Of a stretch of 63,914 nucleotides of DNA, positions 21,101-33,539 are shown piece by piece (the stretch's first letter is position 1; each line of letters starts with the position of its first letter). The notes under the pieces are model-generated. The model saw nothing but the letters and a program-made list of their open reading frames with translations. It was not told the origin of the DNA and did no database searches. The stretch comes from Thraustochytrium aureum (Eukaryota), in the NCBI GenBank assembly GCA_012862495.1, contig BLSG01000216.1, forward strand, positions 523,796 to 587,709, read 5' to 3'. The translations under genes and the position numbers were made by a program.

Positions 21101-24100
21101 GATCAAGCGCTTGGCTACACGAGGTTTAGATCGCAGCCTGCTTCGAACTCGGACTGGGGCGCTACGCTGCACATTTCAACGATGGTCGCGTGCAACTGCT
21201 GGCGCACGCTCGAGTATTGAGCGGCTGAGGAGCGCACTGCAACTTTTAGCAAAGGGACGGCGCATGCTGCTCTGTGACGCGATTCGGCGCTGGCAGGTCG
21301 CGATACGGCGAGCGAAGGCCGCCAAGGTGTTGATTCGGCGCTGGAAAGGCGCTGCTGCCAGCCAGGCGCTTACCGCGCTTCGGTTGCATGCACGAGCACG
21401 GTCCTGGAGTGCGATTGTTCTTGCGCACCGAGCGGCGACATCGCGAGCCCGGCTTTCGGGGGCTGCGACGGCTAGTGCGTTTTATTTGTGGAGAGCGGCG
21501 ACGTGGGGAGCTCGAGAACGCGAGAAAAAGCTCTCAGGGGCTCTCAGGAGAGCTACGTCGTTGCTGGGGAGCAACAAAGCACGTTTGTTTCAAGAATGGG
21601 TCCGACGAACGCGCAAGACCGCCCGGCAGGAGAGCGCAATCGTGAAGTGGAACCAAACGGCTCGTCGAGGTTTGTGTACGCGCGCTTTCCGCGCATGGCG
21701 CCGCGCTGCGCAAACCGAGACAGCTGCTCGCCGGCTTGGACGAATTGCTCTTCGCTCTGCAGCTGCGCTCAAGCTGCAAGCGTTGCGATTGCTAGCGGCC
21801 AAGGCCGCCCAAGACTGGAAACGCTGTGCAGCGCTGCGGCGGCTTGGAGTATGGCACGCCACTGGCGAGAAGCGCAGGGCGCTCACGGTCTTGCGCGCGC
21901 ACTCCGAGAGGTGCCGAGCGCTCGAGAAGGTCATCAAAAGGTTTCGTGTCTGGGGCGGCGTTGTCTCTGCGTGGGACCTCCTGGCCGCTCCGGTGTTCGA
22001 GAACAGCAAGATCCGACGCGCCCTTCGCATATGGGACCTCGCCGCGGGACGGACCCTCAGTCGCCAAGGCTTTGATTCGCTCAGGCGATGGGGAAGGCTC
22101 CGCGCCGCCCTTCAAAGGGTTGTGTCTCGCTGGACGGCAAGAAATTTGTCTCGGGGCTTTGCTGCTCTGCTAGGCCACGCAGAGTCGCAGAGAGCGAGCC
22201 TTCTAGGAGGCGTGTTTGGCGCCTCGGCTGAGCGCTGGAAACGGGGCTGCGCAGGCAAAGCGCTTCGGCAATGGCGGGAGGTCGTCAAGCTCGACCACCT
22301 AAGGTGCGAGCGCCTGTTGCGCGCACGGCGCGTCGCTAGGCGAGCGCTCCTCCGCCAGGGTTTGCGGGCCTTGGGGGGCCGCGTGGAGCTTGCACAGTGC
22401 CTCGCTCGATTCGCCCATGTTGTCTGGAGGCACAGCCGCGAACGCGGCCTTCGAGCGGGGTTCCGGGCTTTGGAGGCGTCGTACTGGAAGGATCATGCAC
22501 GCGTTATGGTGGACAGGGTGGCCGACCTGTTGTGCAGAGGAACGCTTGCCGGGATGTGCCGCGGTCTCGAGCAGCAGGTTGCCCGTCTCGCAGGCGTTCC
22601 AGCTACCAACGTTAGGGTGGTTGCCGGGATAACAGCGGAACCTTCGCGTCGCCACCTTGCGGCGGACAAGAGGGTCTGTCTCGCGGTCCGCAACAGGTCT
22701 GGCAAAGCCCTCGCTAACGTCTTTGTGAGCCCACTTAGCCCAGACGCCCCGTTTTCTGGGCGTATCCTGTCGGAACTGGAGGCGTTTCTTGCATACATTG
22801 GGCCGATAATGGGGTTTCAGTGGATGACACGCGTCTCGCGCTCCACGCAGCAGCTGCGGCGGTGCGTCAAGTTGAAGTTTCACCTCGAAGCAAGAGCTGC
22901 TTTTGCGCGCTGGCGCAGATTCAGCACAACCAAGTCCGTGCTTGGCCGGTTGCTCGGGAGATTCGACACAAGGTACCAGCTTCGATCTGCACTCAGCAAG
23001 TGGACTGCAAAAGTCGCCGCTGGTCGGGCAAGCGACTTTGCAGAGAGCTTCAAGAGAGGGCGGCTCCTCAAGGCTGCCACAGCCTTTGGGAATGCGCGAG
23101 ACAGGCGCCAGGACGTCCGGTTTGTATTCCACAAGCTTGTCGAGAACGCGAGAATTGCGTCACAGGCGAGTCTTCGCCAACGAATGGCAGCGCACCTCAT
23201 TCACACTTTGACACGAGCCGCTCTCTCGCATTCTTTTCGGGTGTGGAAGCTCGTCTCCTTGGGGGAGTACAACGCCGAGACGACCTGGCTGTCACGCTTG
23301 CGCAACGTCCAAGAGCGCAGACTTTTGCGTGCATCAATCCGACGATGGCGCAAACGCGCGACCCAGTCGCGGGCAGATCGTGCGCGCGAGGCACTTGCAA
23401 CGCTCTCGTACCACTCGGACGCGTTCGACTCGCTCCAGCGCGTCCTTGGAGGGGTACGCAGAGCGCCTGGCGTGGCAGCGCGGCTTTGGCGCGTTGGTTG
23501 CAAACGTGATCACCAGTAGATGGGCAGAGCACGCAAGCCTCGTTCTGGCAAGGTCGCGCCGAGACCGCCGACTGGGCCGAGGGTTCGCTACATGGCGCCA
23601 GAACGCCGTGATGCTCCGCAAGACGCGCGTCGCATCGATGCTCGAATTTACCGCGGCAGCGTACGCGGACACTGCCGCCATGGCGCAAGCCGCAGCACGC
23701 GAAGCCATTACAAGGCGAGCGTTTTCGACGTGGTCGCGGTCCGCGCACAAACGAGCTCTGGCGCGCCGCTCAGCACTTGAGAGCGCCTTTCGCGCCTGGT
23801 CCAAGCTCGTTTTCGGAGCGCGCGGCAAGAGGCTGGGGATATTGACGTTGGCTCATGCGCGGGGCCTAAAAGCGGGCACTCTGGCGCACTGGCGTCGTCG
23901 CGCTGCGGACCGCGCGCGGGCGCGACGTATTTTGGAGCGTTGGGCACGCATTAAGTACTTGCACGCGACCATCAGCGCAATGCGCCGCTGGAAGAACGCT
24001 GTCCATTACACAGCGATGCAGGGCTCTGCAGTCGCTATGTGGGGGCGCCGCGTGCGCGCCGGCATGCTTCGGGCCAGCCTCGACCATTGGGCTCGAGTAA

Positions 24101-25553
24101 CCCGCCTGATGCGCTGCCGGGCAGAAGGTGTAAGCGCCGTTCTAGCGGTTGTTGCGCGATCGGAGTCGAGCAGATTGCAAAGCGCGTTCGCGCTTTGGAA
24201 AGGTCTCGTGCGAGGCTTGCGCGGCCTTGAGCATCACGCTGCGGGCATGGACAAGCGGGTACGGGCGCGAATGGCTCTGGGCCGTTTCTGGCTAGTTGGA
24301 TCGCACTACCGCGCGGCTTTTGAGCGATGGGTCAGGTTCGCGTACCACAGCAGAATGGAGGAGACCCGGCTGGTTCTCCGGGCCTGGCACCTACAAACTC
24401 TGACGTCGCGGGCGGTGCGCCAGGTCAGCTCCGTAAGCGGCCAGTTTCTTGCGCGACAACGGCGTCGCGTTTGGGTGCGCCGTGTGTTTGGAGCGTGGCG
24501 AGCCCACGCCGTCGCGTCACGCTTGTTTGAAAAGAAACTTTTCAACGCACGGAGGAGCCTGCACTCGCAGCGAGCGGCGAGACTGGTCCCGGCGGCCTTT
24601 CACTTGTGGCACCGCTTGGCACGCGACGCCGCCGACGCGAGGCACCACTTCGCAAATCAAGGCTGAGCAAGCACTTTCGGGCGTGGCACGTGTTGACTGA
24701 TCGGCGAATGCGGCAGCGAGCGGCGCTGCGCACGGTGCTGCGAACGGCGCTTCGAAGCCATCGCGGTGGCCTTGGATTGCAGCGCGCTTTTGCGCGGTGG
24801 GCCATCCGAACCCAGCAGCTCCAGGCCGCCATGTTCCGGTGCGTTTCCGAGTCGCTTGGGGAGCAGGTTGTGGTCGCGCTTCGAGAGAAAGAGCAGCAGG
24901 TGGCCCAACTAGCATCCTCCATGCGCGACTCAGACGGCCTGCTTGAGAAGGTGAAGCGGCGCGCAAACCGGAAAATTTCTGAGCTCCTCGAGTCGACGCG
25001 GTCACTAGGATCGGCGCTGGAGGAGCGTGAGCAGCGTATCGCAGAGCTAGAAGAGAGTCTCGTTGACCAGCGGCGCCAGAGCCAGTGCTGCGAGCTCCAG
25101 CTCGTGCGCTCAAGGGAGGAGCTCGCGGGGCTTCGTCGAAGCGTCGGCCTCTCCATGGCCGATTTGGAGGTGGGCCAGCCGGTGCCTTGCGCAGAGCACG
25201 AGCAGCTCAAGGTGTATTGTACAGAGCTCGAGGAGCAGCTGTTCTGCGCGCAGGAGGAGGCGGATGCGCTGCGGCGGAAGCTTGCGCGTCGAGAACGCAG
25301 GATCGAGGCCCTAAAGATGGACGTGGAGGGAGCAAAGCTTGACCAGGATCATGCTTTTTATATCGCTCGCCTTGAGAAGCAGAGCTTCACGGACACCCTT
25401 GTGTCGGCTTTAGACGGCGGCGATGGCCCGCCTGGGGGCCCTCAAGGTCCAAAGGAACGGTTGGGTTCAAAGGAATGGTTTGGCTTGACAGCGTCGGCGT
25501 CATCGGGAGGCTGGCCTGGAGGCTCGCCGAGTATGTCTATGGACCAGCTATGA
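15169..25553 (+). CDS. Giant Sfi1-like (centrin-binding-type) W-repeat protein, ~3,400 aa, reconstructed across 6 frame breaks and one gap
   Basis: Consecutive overlapping + ORFs from 16233 onward (16233, 16378, 17679, 18392, 18561, 23329, 24606) carry RW...AFxxW repeats every ~33-37 aa. The N-terminus (ORF 15034) is disordered and the C-terminus is a coiled coil (~24850-25400). The start is uncertain (ATG 15049 or 15169). Confidence 0.7.
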
Positions 25554-25817
25554 TCTAGCACGCGAAAGTGGTGAGCCGGGCCCACCAGGCATACTCGAGT
25601 ATCAGACTGTACCGTTCATACTGGAAGCAATGTTCACTGTAACTTTTTTAAACGACGCTTTGGAGTTTCTTGCGGCAGCCCAAAACACCAAGACTCGTCA
25701 CTTTTCCACGGAGCTGGGCCTGCTCCGCTGCAGCCAGGGCGGCCTGTGCGGGCGCCGCGATCTCGGCGGCAACGCGAGGACCATGCTCTTTCTAGCTACT
25801 AGCTCGAGAGAGCTACT

Positions 25818-27221
25818 CTAGTTGTACGAAAACACTGCGCCCCCAAACGTGTAGACGATCGCGAGGCCGAGGACCGCGCACGCCGCCTGAAACGCGAGAA
25901 GCACAACACAAAGCGTCCTCTCATGCATCGGACCGAAGAGCCCAAGTGCCGCGCACAATAACGTCAGATTGTTGCGCGGGTCCCCAGGGGCCATCTTTGA
26001 CGGTTCTAGAAAGCCTGTTGAAAGGTTGATCTTCGGAAGGCGATGGCGCGGGATGGGCACCAGGTGGAAGAGCTGGGGCGCCGAGTAGCAAAAGTTGATC
26101 ACCTGCGGCAGGACGAGGAACAGGAGCGACTTGGAAAAGTGTCCCAGCACCGCCGCAACTGCGATGGTCATCCCGCTATAGTACGGAAAGACGTCGCCGA
26201 CAAAGACGGAGGCTGGGTAAAAGTTGAACCGTAGCAGACCAAACGAGGTTGCAATAAACGGCAGCATCAACATAATGCTGAACAGGTGGTGGCGGCCGTC
26301 CCCAGAGAGGATTTGCTCAGCGGTGCCTCCACGCCAGGCAAGGTCCAGGAGATTCATGACAGTGATGCTGCACGCGATTACGATGGCCTGGCCAACCTCG
26401 ATTCCGTTGATGCCTGCGTAGATGTTGATCGCGTTTGTGCAAAACACGACGAGGAAAGACATGTACAGATAGTAAACGACCCCGAGGTCAACGAGGTGCC
26501 CGTTAGCGTGCGGGTCGACGGACACGGTGGGGATGGCGTTGAGTAGCCTGGCGAGCGGGCTCTCTTCAGACTCGAGCATGGGCGAGAGCGCGCGCGGCAC
26601 AAGAATGCTCGTGGTCCCTTTGTAGGACACTAACAGGGGAAGCGACATGAAGAATCCGAGGATGAGCTTGTGCTTCCACTTGATGTCGATCACGTCGTCG
26701 ACGAGGCCGAGGAGCGTCGCGAAGCAAATCGACAGGAGTGCAGCGTTGTACTCGAGAATCTGGTCGTTCTGGGCCCCAAAGGCAAACTGCAAGAGACCGA
26801 CGCTGATCATAAAGACTGTCGCAGAGACGATCCCGAGGCTTTCTGGGATCCGCTTGCCGTCCGCCTCCCCGCCCAGCCCGCGCTTGCCGATGTCTACGCC
26901 GTTAAGCTTGACTGCTAGCTTTGGCGCAACGAGTGGGATCATTCTTGATGTAGCCACATAAGCAAGGCCAGATATTGCCGAGCAAGTGGCGAGTTGGAAG
27001 CCGAGCCAGCGGTCGACGGACCCGACCTTGACCAGCAAAACAGCGGTTGGCGCAAGCAGCGCAATCGTCAGCGAGCGCGAGGGCACATTCCAGGCCTCTC
27101 GCGTGGCGCGTGCTTGGATGTCATCGCCGTCTTCCCTGCGCTCTGCCGCATCAGCTTTCCCAGCCACCGCGGCAGCGCTGGCCGAAGCGCCGGTCCCGGC
27201 GGCCTGTTTCCTCCTCGACAT
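25818..27221 (-). CDS. DPAGT1: UDP-GlcNAc:dolichyl-phosphate GlcNAc-1-phosphotransferase (ALG7/GPT)
   Basis: IPESLG, LGLVDDVIDIKWKHK, FCTNAINIYAGINGIEVGQ, FNFYPASVFVGD and PRHRLP motifs; multi-pass hydrophobic profile. ATG 27221. Confidence 0.95.
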   Translation of the reverse strand: MSRRKQAAGTGASASAAAVAGKADAAERREDGDDIQARATREAWNVPSRSLTIALLAPTAVLLVKVGSVDRWLGFQLATCSAISGLAYVATSRMIPLVAPKLAVKLNGVDIGKRGLGGEADGKRIPESLGIVSATVFMISVGLLQFAFGAQNDQILEYNAALLSICFATLLGLVDDVIDIKWKHKLILGFFMSLPLLVSYKGTTSILVPRALSPMLESEESPLARLLNAIPTVSVDPHANGHLVDLGVVYYLYMSFLVVFCTNAINIYAGINGIEVGQAIVIACSITVMNLLDLAWRGGTAEQILSGDGRHHLFSIMLMLPFIATSFGLLRFNFYPASVFVGDVFPYYSGMTIAVAAVLGHFSKSLLFLVLPQVINFCYSAPQLFHLVPIPRHRLPKINLSTGFLEPSKMAPGDPRNNLTLLCAALGLFGPMHERTLCVVLLAFQAACAVLGLAIVYTFGGAVFSYN

Positions 27222-27556
27222 GGTCCACGCCGGCCCTCGCCACGCGCCAAGCAGCAGCGCCCTCTGCGCAAGCTGTTCGGCCCCAGAGTGTCGCGCTGCA
27301 GCCCTTGCGCTCGCTGCGCCGGGGAGGGATGCCAGGAGAAGGCGGCGGGCGGAGTGGGGCGAGTCCGGCGACCGACGACGCCGTGAATCCTGCAGGACCA
27401 AAAACCTCGGTTGAACAGCAGGAGACGCGGCAAAACACGGCGCAGTCCAAGCCGTAGGGCCAGCGTGCGAAGAGCCCACGAAGCACCCGCAGCGCTGCCG
27501 CTCAACAGCGCTCGCTGGGCGCCTGCGGTCTGTCACTGCAACAACAACAACAAATC

Positions 27557-27980
27557 CATAATCGATTATCCCCACCTCAATCGATTAATTATAAAATCGA
27601 TTGATCCCGCAATCGGTCGATTAAAAGCCCATCGATTTAATTGAATCGCCCTTTGAACTCGTCTGNNNNNNNNNNNNNNNNNNNNNNNNNNNNNNNNNNN
27701 NNNNNNNNNNNNNNNNNNNNNNNNNNNNNNNNNNNNNNNNNNNNNNNNNNNNNNNNNNNNNNNNNNNNNNNNNNNNNNNNNNNNNNNNNNNNNNNNNNNN
27801 NNNNNNNNNNNNNNNNNNNNNNNNNNNNNNAAGGGCAGCGGGTGAGCAGGCCGCGTTGACGCAGGCGCTGCTCTCTGCCTGGCAGGCGGCAGCGTGCCTG
27901 CCTCCCTGCCTGCCTGCCCGGCCGGCGTCCTTCGCCTGCGCCAATCAATCTCAATCGATGATCGATCGATTTCGATTGAA
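27557..27980. promoter_or_regulatory. AT-rich cluster of (A)ATCGAT(T) palindromes in the divergent intergenic region, spanning gap 27666-27830
   Basis: AATCGATT at 27560, 27579 and 27595, ATCGAT at 27631, and more copies at ~27953-27975. Composition is sharply more AT-rich than the flanks. Confidence 0.4.
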
Positions 27981-28618
27981 CATTCGCGAGGAAAGGATCC
28001 GTTGGGTAATTGATCCGTTTTCGGTGTTGGAGATTCTGAGGCTCCGCGACGTCGCGCCGCTGCCAGGGAGAAGGTAACGGACGGGCCACGGGCCGCGGCA
28101 GAGGAGAAGCAGGCCCGCGCCGTGTTTGCTTGGGTTTTGTTTGGGTTTTGTTTGGGTGAGATGTGCTGGTTTTGGCTCATCGATTGGCGGCGTTGCTGCT
28201 GGCCGGGCTGATGAGTTTGGTGCGTTTTCGCTGGGCTTTCTTCTTCGCCTCGTTTGTTTGTTTGAGCCTGTCGGCGCGCTTCCTTGTGGTTTACGTGGGC
28301 GCTTGCGCGCTTTCAAGGCAAGGTCTCGACCGGTTTGCATGCGTTTATTCGTTTTGGCGCGGCTGCTTCGAATGTCAGCTCAAGGTGGCGGCGTGACCGC
28401 CCATGCAGCAGTCAGCCTAAGCCATCTCGCAGCAGACGCAAGAGCGGCACGGACCACCAGCAAGCGCGCCAGGAGGAGCGGCTGCCGCGGCACAACGCAC
28501 ACGGCAACGAGAGGCTTCTGAGGCAGGCGCGAGCGCAGGCAGACGACAAGGTAGGGCGACAGGCGGTCCGTGCCAGCAGGACAAGGTCGCAGCCTCACGC
28601 GCGTGCAGGGCAAGCACG

Positions 28619-30064
28619 ATGGACGACAAGAAATCCACCGTGCTGTCAACAAAGCTGATCAAGCTGTATGGCGGCACGCCGAGCAAAGACGCGTACATCA
28701 AAGAGCAGGTGGACGGGTTCCTGATGAACATGCGCAACAAGAAAATGTCTGCAAGCGACATCCAGGCGCTTGAGCGCAAGGTAGAAGCCGGTGCCAAAAA
28801 GCTGGAAGCCAACGAGGCCGCCAAGAACGGGCCGCCCAACTTCAAGCAGGTCGAGCTCAACAAGGAGAAATCCTCCAAGCCCGCAACCAACGACTCAGAG
28901 CTCCCCCTGAGCTACCTTGTGTACAAGGAGGCGAGCTCGCTCGAGCACCAGCGCGAAGAGATCGCACGGCGCCGCCGCGACGAAGAAAAGAAGCTCACGC
29001 TGCGCCGCGAGCTCGACGCCCAGATTCAGGAAAACCAAACCAAGGGCGACGTGCAAACCAAGATCGAAGAGGACTACTCTAGAGTTGTCAGTGAAGACCT
29101 GCGCAAGTTTCGCGAAGAGAACAAGACCAAGGCCCAGCTCGAAGCCGAAAACCTGGCCAAGCTTGCCAAAGAGCGCGAGGTCCAGCTGCAACAGATCGAG
29201 GCACGCCGCGAGCGCGAGCGCCGCCGTGAAAAGGCCGAGGATGACGCCATGCTCCGAGCCGCTCGCGAGGCCGTCGAAGCGCAGGAGAAGCGCAGACGCG
29301 AGATGATCAAGCAGCAGGAGCAGTTTATGCGGAACGTGATCGCGGAGAACGAGGAAAACAAAAGGATCAAGGCCGAGGTTCGGCGCAAGGAGCAGGCCGA
29401 AGAGAAGCGCCTCCAGGAGGAGTATGCCCGCCGCCTTGACGATCAGGAGCGTATCCGTCAAGAGACCTTTGAGCGCATGAAGGCAAAGTCGTCGCAAAAC
29501 CAGCAAATGTATCTGCAAGCCACTGCCGAGAAGACTGCCAAGGATAAGGAAGACGAGGCCAAGGCGCTGGCGTACCAGCAGGAGAAGGTGCGCCGCGATA
29601 TGGAGTCGCTCGAGCAAGAGAAGCGGAACCGGCTGACCGAGAAAGAGCGGCTGCGTGCCGCGCTCGCAGAGCAGGTCGCCACCAAGCAGCGCCGCGAGGC
29701 CGAAGAGGCCGCCGCCAAGTCCGAGTTCGTGGGCCTATACCGCAGCGAGGCGCAGCGCGCGATCGAGGAGGCGCGTCAAGAAGACCGTCGCCGCAAGCAG
29801 GCTGCGATTCAGCACCGCCTCGACTTGCTCGCACAGATCGAGGAGAAGCAGAGCCGCGAGAATGAGACGGACGAGAGCGTTATGACCGAGGCCGAGAAGA
29901 AGCTCAACAAGAAGGACATCGAGAAGCTCGTCAGCCAGGACTCTAGTGTGGTTCGAACGATCACCATCAAGCTCGAGCAGGCCGCCAAGGTTGACGCTGC
30001 CAAGAAGCGCCGCGCTCTCGGGATCCGCGGGGGGCCCGCCGACCTCGCCGAGGAAGACTTTTAA
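28619..30064 (+). CDS. Coiled-coil protein, trichohyalin-plectin-homology (TPH)-like, similar in style to ciliary CFAP45/CFAP53/MNS1
   Basis: 481-aa E/K/R/Q-rich helical ORF with recurring LRRELDAQI / LAEQVATK / LLAQIEEK motifs and a C-terminal MTEAEKKLNK. Confidence 0.75.
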   Translation: MDDKKSTVLSTKLIKLYGGTPSKDAYIKEQVDGFLMNMRNKKMSASDIQALERKVEAGAKKLEANEAAKNGPPNFKQVELNKEKSSKPATNDSELPLSYLVYKEASSLEHQREEIARRRRDEEKKLTLRRELDAQIQENQTKGDVQTKIEEDYSRVVSEDLRKFREENKTKAQLEAENLAKLAKEREVQLQQIEARRERERRREKAEDDAMLRAAREAVEAQEKRRREMIKQQEQFMRNVIAENEENKRIKAEVRRKEQAEEKRLQEEYARRLDDQERIRQETFERMKAKSSQNQQMYLQATAEKTAKDKEDEAKALAYQQEKVRRDMESLEQEKRNRLTEKERLRAALAEQVATKQRREAEEAAAKSEFVGLYRSEAQRAIEEARQEDRRRKQAAIQHRLDLLAQIEEKQSRENETDESVMTEAEKKLNKKDIEKLVSQDSSVVRTITIKLEQAAKVDAAKKRRALGIRGGPADLAEEDF

Positions 30065-30658
30065 ATCACCCAGCCTGCGTGGCTTGCCGCTCTTCTGGTT
30101 TGCTTGCAACGGCCATNNNNNNNNNNNNNNNNNNNNNNNNNNNNNNNNNNNNNNNNNNNNNNNNNNNNNNNNNNNNNNNNNNNNNNNNNNNNNNNNNNNN
30201 NNNNNNNNNNNNNNNNNNNNNNNNNNNNNNNNNNNNNNNNNNNNNNNNNNNNNNNNNNNNNNNNNNNNNNNNNNNNNNNNNNNNNNNNNNNNNNNNNNNN
30301 NNNNNNNNNNNNNNNNNNNNNNNNNNNNNNNNNNNNNNNNNNNNNNNNNNNNNNNNNNNNNNNNNNNNNNNNNNNNNNNNNNNNNNNNNNNNNNNNNNNN
30401 NNNNNNNNNNNNNNNNNNNNNNNNNNNNNNNNNNNNNNNNNNNNNNNNNNNNNNNNNNNNNNNNNNNNNNNNNNNNNNNNNNNNNNNNNNNNNNNNNNNN
30501 NNNNNNNNNNNNNNNNNNNNNNNNNNNNNNNNNNNNNNNNNNNNNNNNNNNNNNNNNNNNNNNNNNNNNNNNNNNNNNNNNNNNNNNNNNNNNNNNNNNN
30601 NNNNNNNNNNNNNNNNNNNNNNNNNNNNNNNNNNNNNNNNNNNNNNNNNNNNNNNNNN

Positions 30659-30755
30659 GCCAGCCAGCCAGGCACCCAGGCAAGTCAGCCTCCAAGCAGC
30701 CAGCCAGCCAGCCAGCCAGCCAACAAGCCAGCCAGCCAACCAACCGGCAAGCAAG
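30659..30755. repeat. Degenerate (GCCA)n tetranucleotide repeat flanking an assembly gap
   Basis: gccagccagccagcca... Similar (GGCT)n at ~40841-40872 and (GCCT)n at ~43173-43210 also lie next to gaps. Confidence 0.8.
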
Positions 30756-30866
30756 CGTTCATGTGTCGTGAGGGATTGGACTAGGGCGATACGAGCGTCG
30801 CAGGCGCAGAGCTGCAGACGCAGAGGCGGCCGGCCGTCTTCATCGCGAACAGGAGGAGGCAGAGCC

Positions 30867-33516
30867 ATGGGGACGTTCAACTCTTTCATACTTGACGGTG
30901 GTGGGGCGCTGTTTCGTCATGTTTGCACATACCTCAACCCGGACCACGTTGTCCAGTCCGTGGCGCTGGCAAGCAAGGCGTGCAACGAGGCGCTGACAGG
31001 GTGCCCGCTCCGTCTCGACCTCCTCCTGAAGCGCTGGGTGCCGCTGGACGAGTTGCATAGCCCAGACGCACAAAGATTTGGGACCAAGTGGGCGCTGGTA
31101 GGCCTCGAGGTCAACTTTGAGCGCCAGTCGCTGCTGGAGCTGAGCCGGATTCCCGCCGTCTCGCTCTCCAAAGTGGAACACCTCACTGTGTGCGAGGTTG
31201 ACTGCAGCAACTCGCAGGCAGCGAATCAAGTGGGCATTGTGCTTGACAAATGCACCAGCCTGCAGTCACTTGTGCTGGACTTCTCCGGCAGGCTCCCAAG
31301 CTCGGCGGAGGAGTGCATGGCGCTAGTGAACGCCTTGCAATCGCGCCTGCACCGCTTCAGCGCCTTCTCTACGAATCTTTTGAGCCTGAAGGGCACATTC
31401 GAGCGGCTGGTCAAGCGCGCTTGGGTCGAGTCGATGTACGAGAAGCGCTCAAGCCGCCGCTGTATTTTGAGCAGCCTTCGGAGCATCAACTCCTTTTGCC
31501 ACCGCCCAGCGTGGGCAGAAAACGACACAGGTGCAATTTGGCCCTACGCTGATCCCGGGGACCGGTTGGACGCAAGTGAAGCCGGCTCGTCGCCGAGCGC
31601 TCCTCAGCTGTGCAACGCAATCATCGCAATCGCTGCCGAGCACGGTCTTGAGGGCGAGTACAGCGTGGACATTCTTCTCAGTGGCTTCCAATTTGCCCAG
31701 CAGCACTTTGGAGATCTCTTTCTGGCAGAACTTTCGGCGGTCGCGAAGCATGATTCACAAGCTGCAGCGGGACTCGGCAACAGCACAAGCGCGCTTGCGG
31801 CCGACCAATTGGAGGCCGACCGCGAAAACATCAGCTCGCTTGCCAACGAGGAGCACGCAGGCAGCCCTGCGCTCGGTTCTTTGCGAGCCGGTTCTCGCGC
31901 AAAAGCGTCAGAGCGTTCGTCTCGACGCCGCAGGAGGCCGCAAGTGAAAGCGGTCGTCTCCGAGCAGCTCTTTGCCGCCGTTGGCGGCGCCAGCTGCACG
32001 AAGCAAACGCTGCTGATGCTGTGTCACGCAATCCTGCGGCGCATTCAGGAGGACCACGTGGAGCAGTTCATGAACGAGACGTTGCAGAGGGCTGATGCCC
32101 TGGTTGCGAGCTTGTTGATCGAGCCGCTGATCTTCGTTCTGCGAGAGGTGTTGACTCACGCTCGACGCTTCTCTCCTCCATTCCAGCTGTCTGCGAAGGC
32201 GTTATCCGCTGGCGTCACAGAATGCGCACTTCGAAGCGGCTTTCGAGCGCAACAAGAGGCTCACGGACTTGTTGCTTGACCTGCTTGTCCCCTTTGTGCC
32301 AGACGCTGCTCCCACAGAACCGCTGCTAGGCCATGCCCACAACCACCACGTCTTTGGTTTCGCAAGTGGCTGTGGTGCTCGGCATAGCCCCTCTTTGTCG
32401 AGAGGCGGCAAAAACTCAACGTCCGCGAGTTCGAAAGGAATCATCGTATTTTACAACGCCACGCGGGCATGCCAGGCTCTGGCCGCAATACGATCGCGGG
32501 CATTGGAGCGGAGCAATATTGGGCTCGTGCTAGGCTTCCTCTGCAGCCGTGCAGAGCGTGTTCTTTTGCAAGACGAAGAAGCCGTCAGCGACTTGCTGGC
32601 TTTTTACCGGAGTTGGGGCATTGACGCCGACCCGGTGCAGCTGCGACAACACGCCTTCGGGGCCCTGCGGGCGGCATGTGCTTTGCTCCACGATCTGCTC
32701 GAGGCGAGCGAAACCAGCGCATCTTTCAGGCTCGCCTGGCAGTCCGGGACTCTGTCACTTGTGCTCGACAGTGCATATCGCTGGGTCGACGCCGACGGTG
32801 AAAACTGCGACGAGAACGAGGACTTTGCTCTCGACATTGCGGCTTGCACGATGCGCTTGTTCGAAATTGATCCGCGCAGAATCGAGATGATGGATGGTCT
32901 CGTCGGCTTTTTTTGTGACCGGATTCCGCTGCTGCCGGGCAGTTGGGTCCAGCAAGCCCTTCCGATGGTTGCGCACTTTGCAAGCGGAAATCCGGACCTG
33001 GCAGACGCCTTCATAGTCACAGCCGAGATTTTTGTCGAGGTCTCAACGGGAAGCCCTGGCTGCGAGGGCAACCTTGTTGACATGCTCATGAGGCTGGAGG
33101 CTTTTCTGGACCACACCGACCACCTTTTCCGCGCTTACCTTTGCGCCTTGTCTCTCGTGTCAAGTTTTGGCAGGCATAGGTCGTTCGACGTTGCCACGGC
33201 AGCGTTGAAGCTCATGCTCGTCTGTTGGTCTCGCCCTTGCGCGGTGGATCTTCCTTTAGATGCCTGCCGCAGCCTCATCGAGGACTCAAATATGACGTTT
33301 CTCAATGTGCTCGATGAGGCTCGCTTCTCCCTCGATCGCACGCAGTATGGCATGGTCGGGAACCTTACTGAGAGAGTAATGGTCGAGTTGCGAAAGGTAG
33401 AGAACGAGATCGAACTCTACGGTTACGGGGCACACGCGCCAGTAAGCGCCTACGAGTCGAGGCGCCGGGATCAAAACGGCCTTCATCCGGAGGCGTTTTG
33501 CAACACGCATCTCTAG
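30867..33516 (+). CDS. Uncharacterised protein with an F-box-like N-terminus and a helical C-terminus; two ORFs probably joined by a +1 break near 32270
   Basis: ATG 30867. GALFRHVCTYLNPDHVVQSVALASKACN resembles an F-box, followed by LRR-like VEHLTV and LQSLVLDFS. ORF 32269-33516 overlaps the stop of the first ORF. Confidence 0.55.
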
Positions 33517-33517
33517 T

Positions 33518-33539
33518 AGCTAGTAGAGCTCTACTAGCT
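33518..33539. other. Perfect 22-bp palindrome immediately after a stop codon
   Basis: AGCTAGTAGAGCTCTACTAGCT equals its own reverse complement. Confidence 0.85.
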
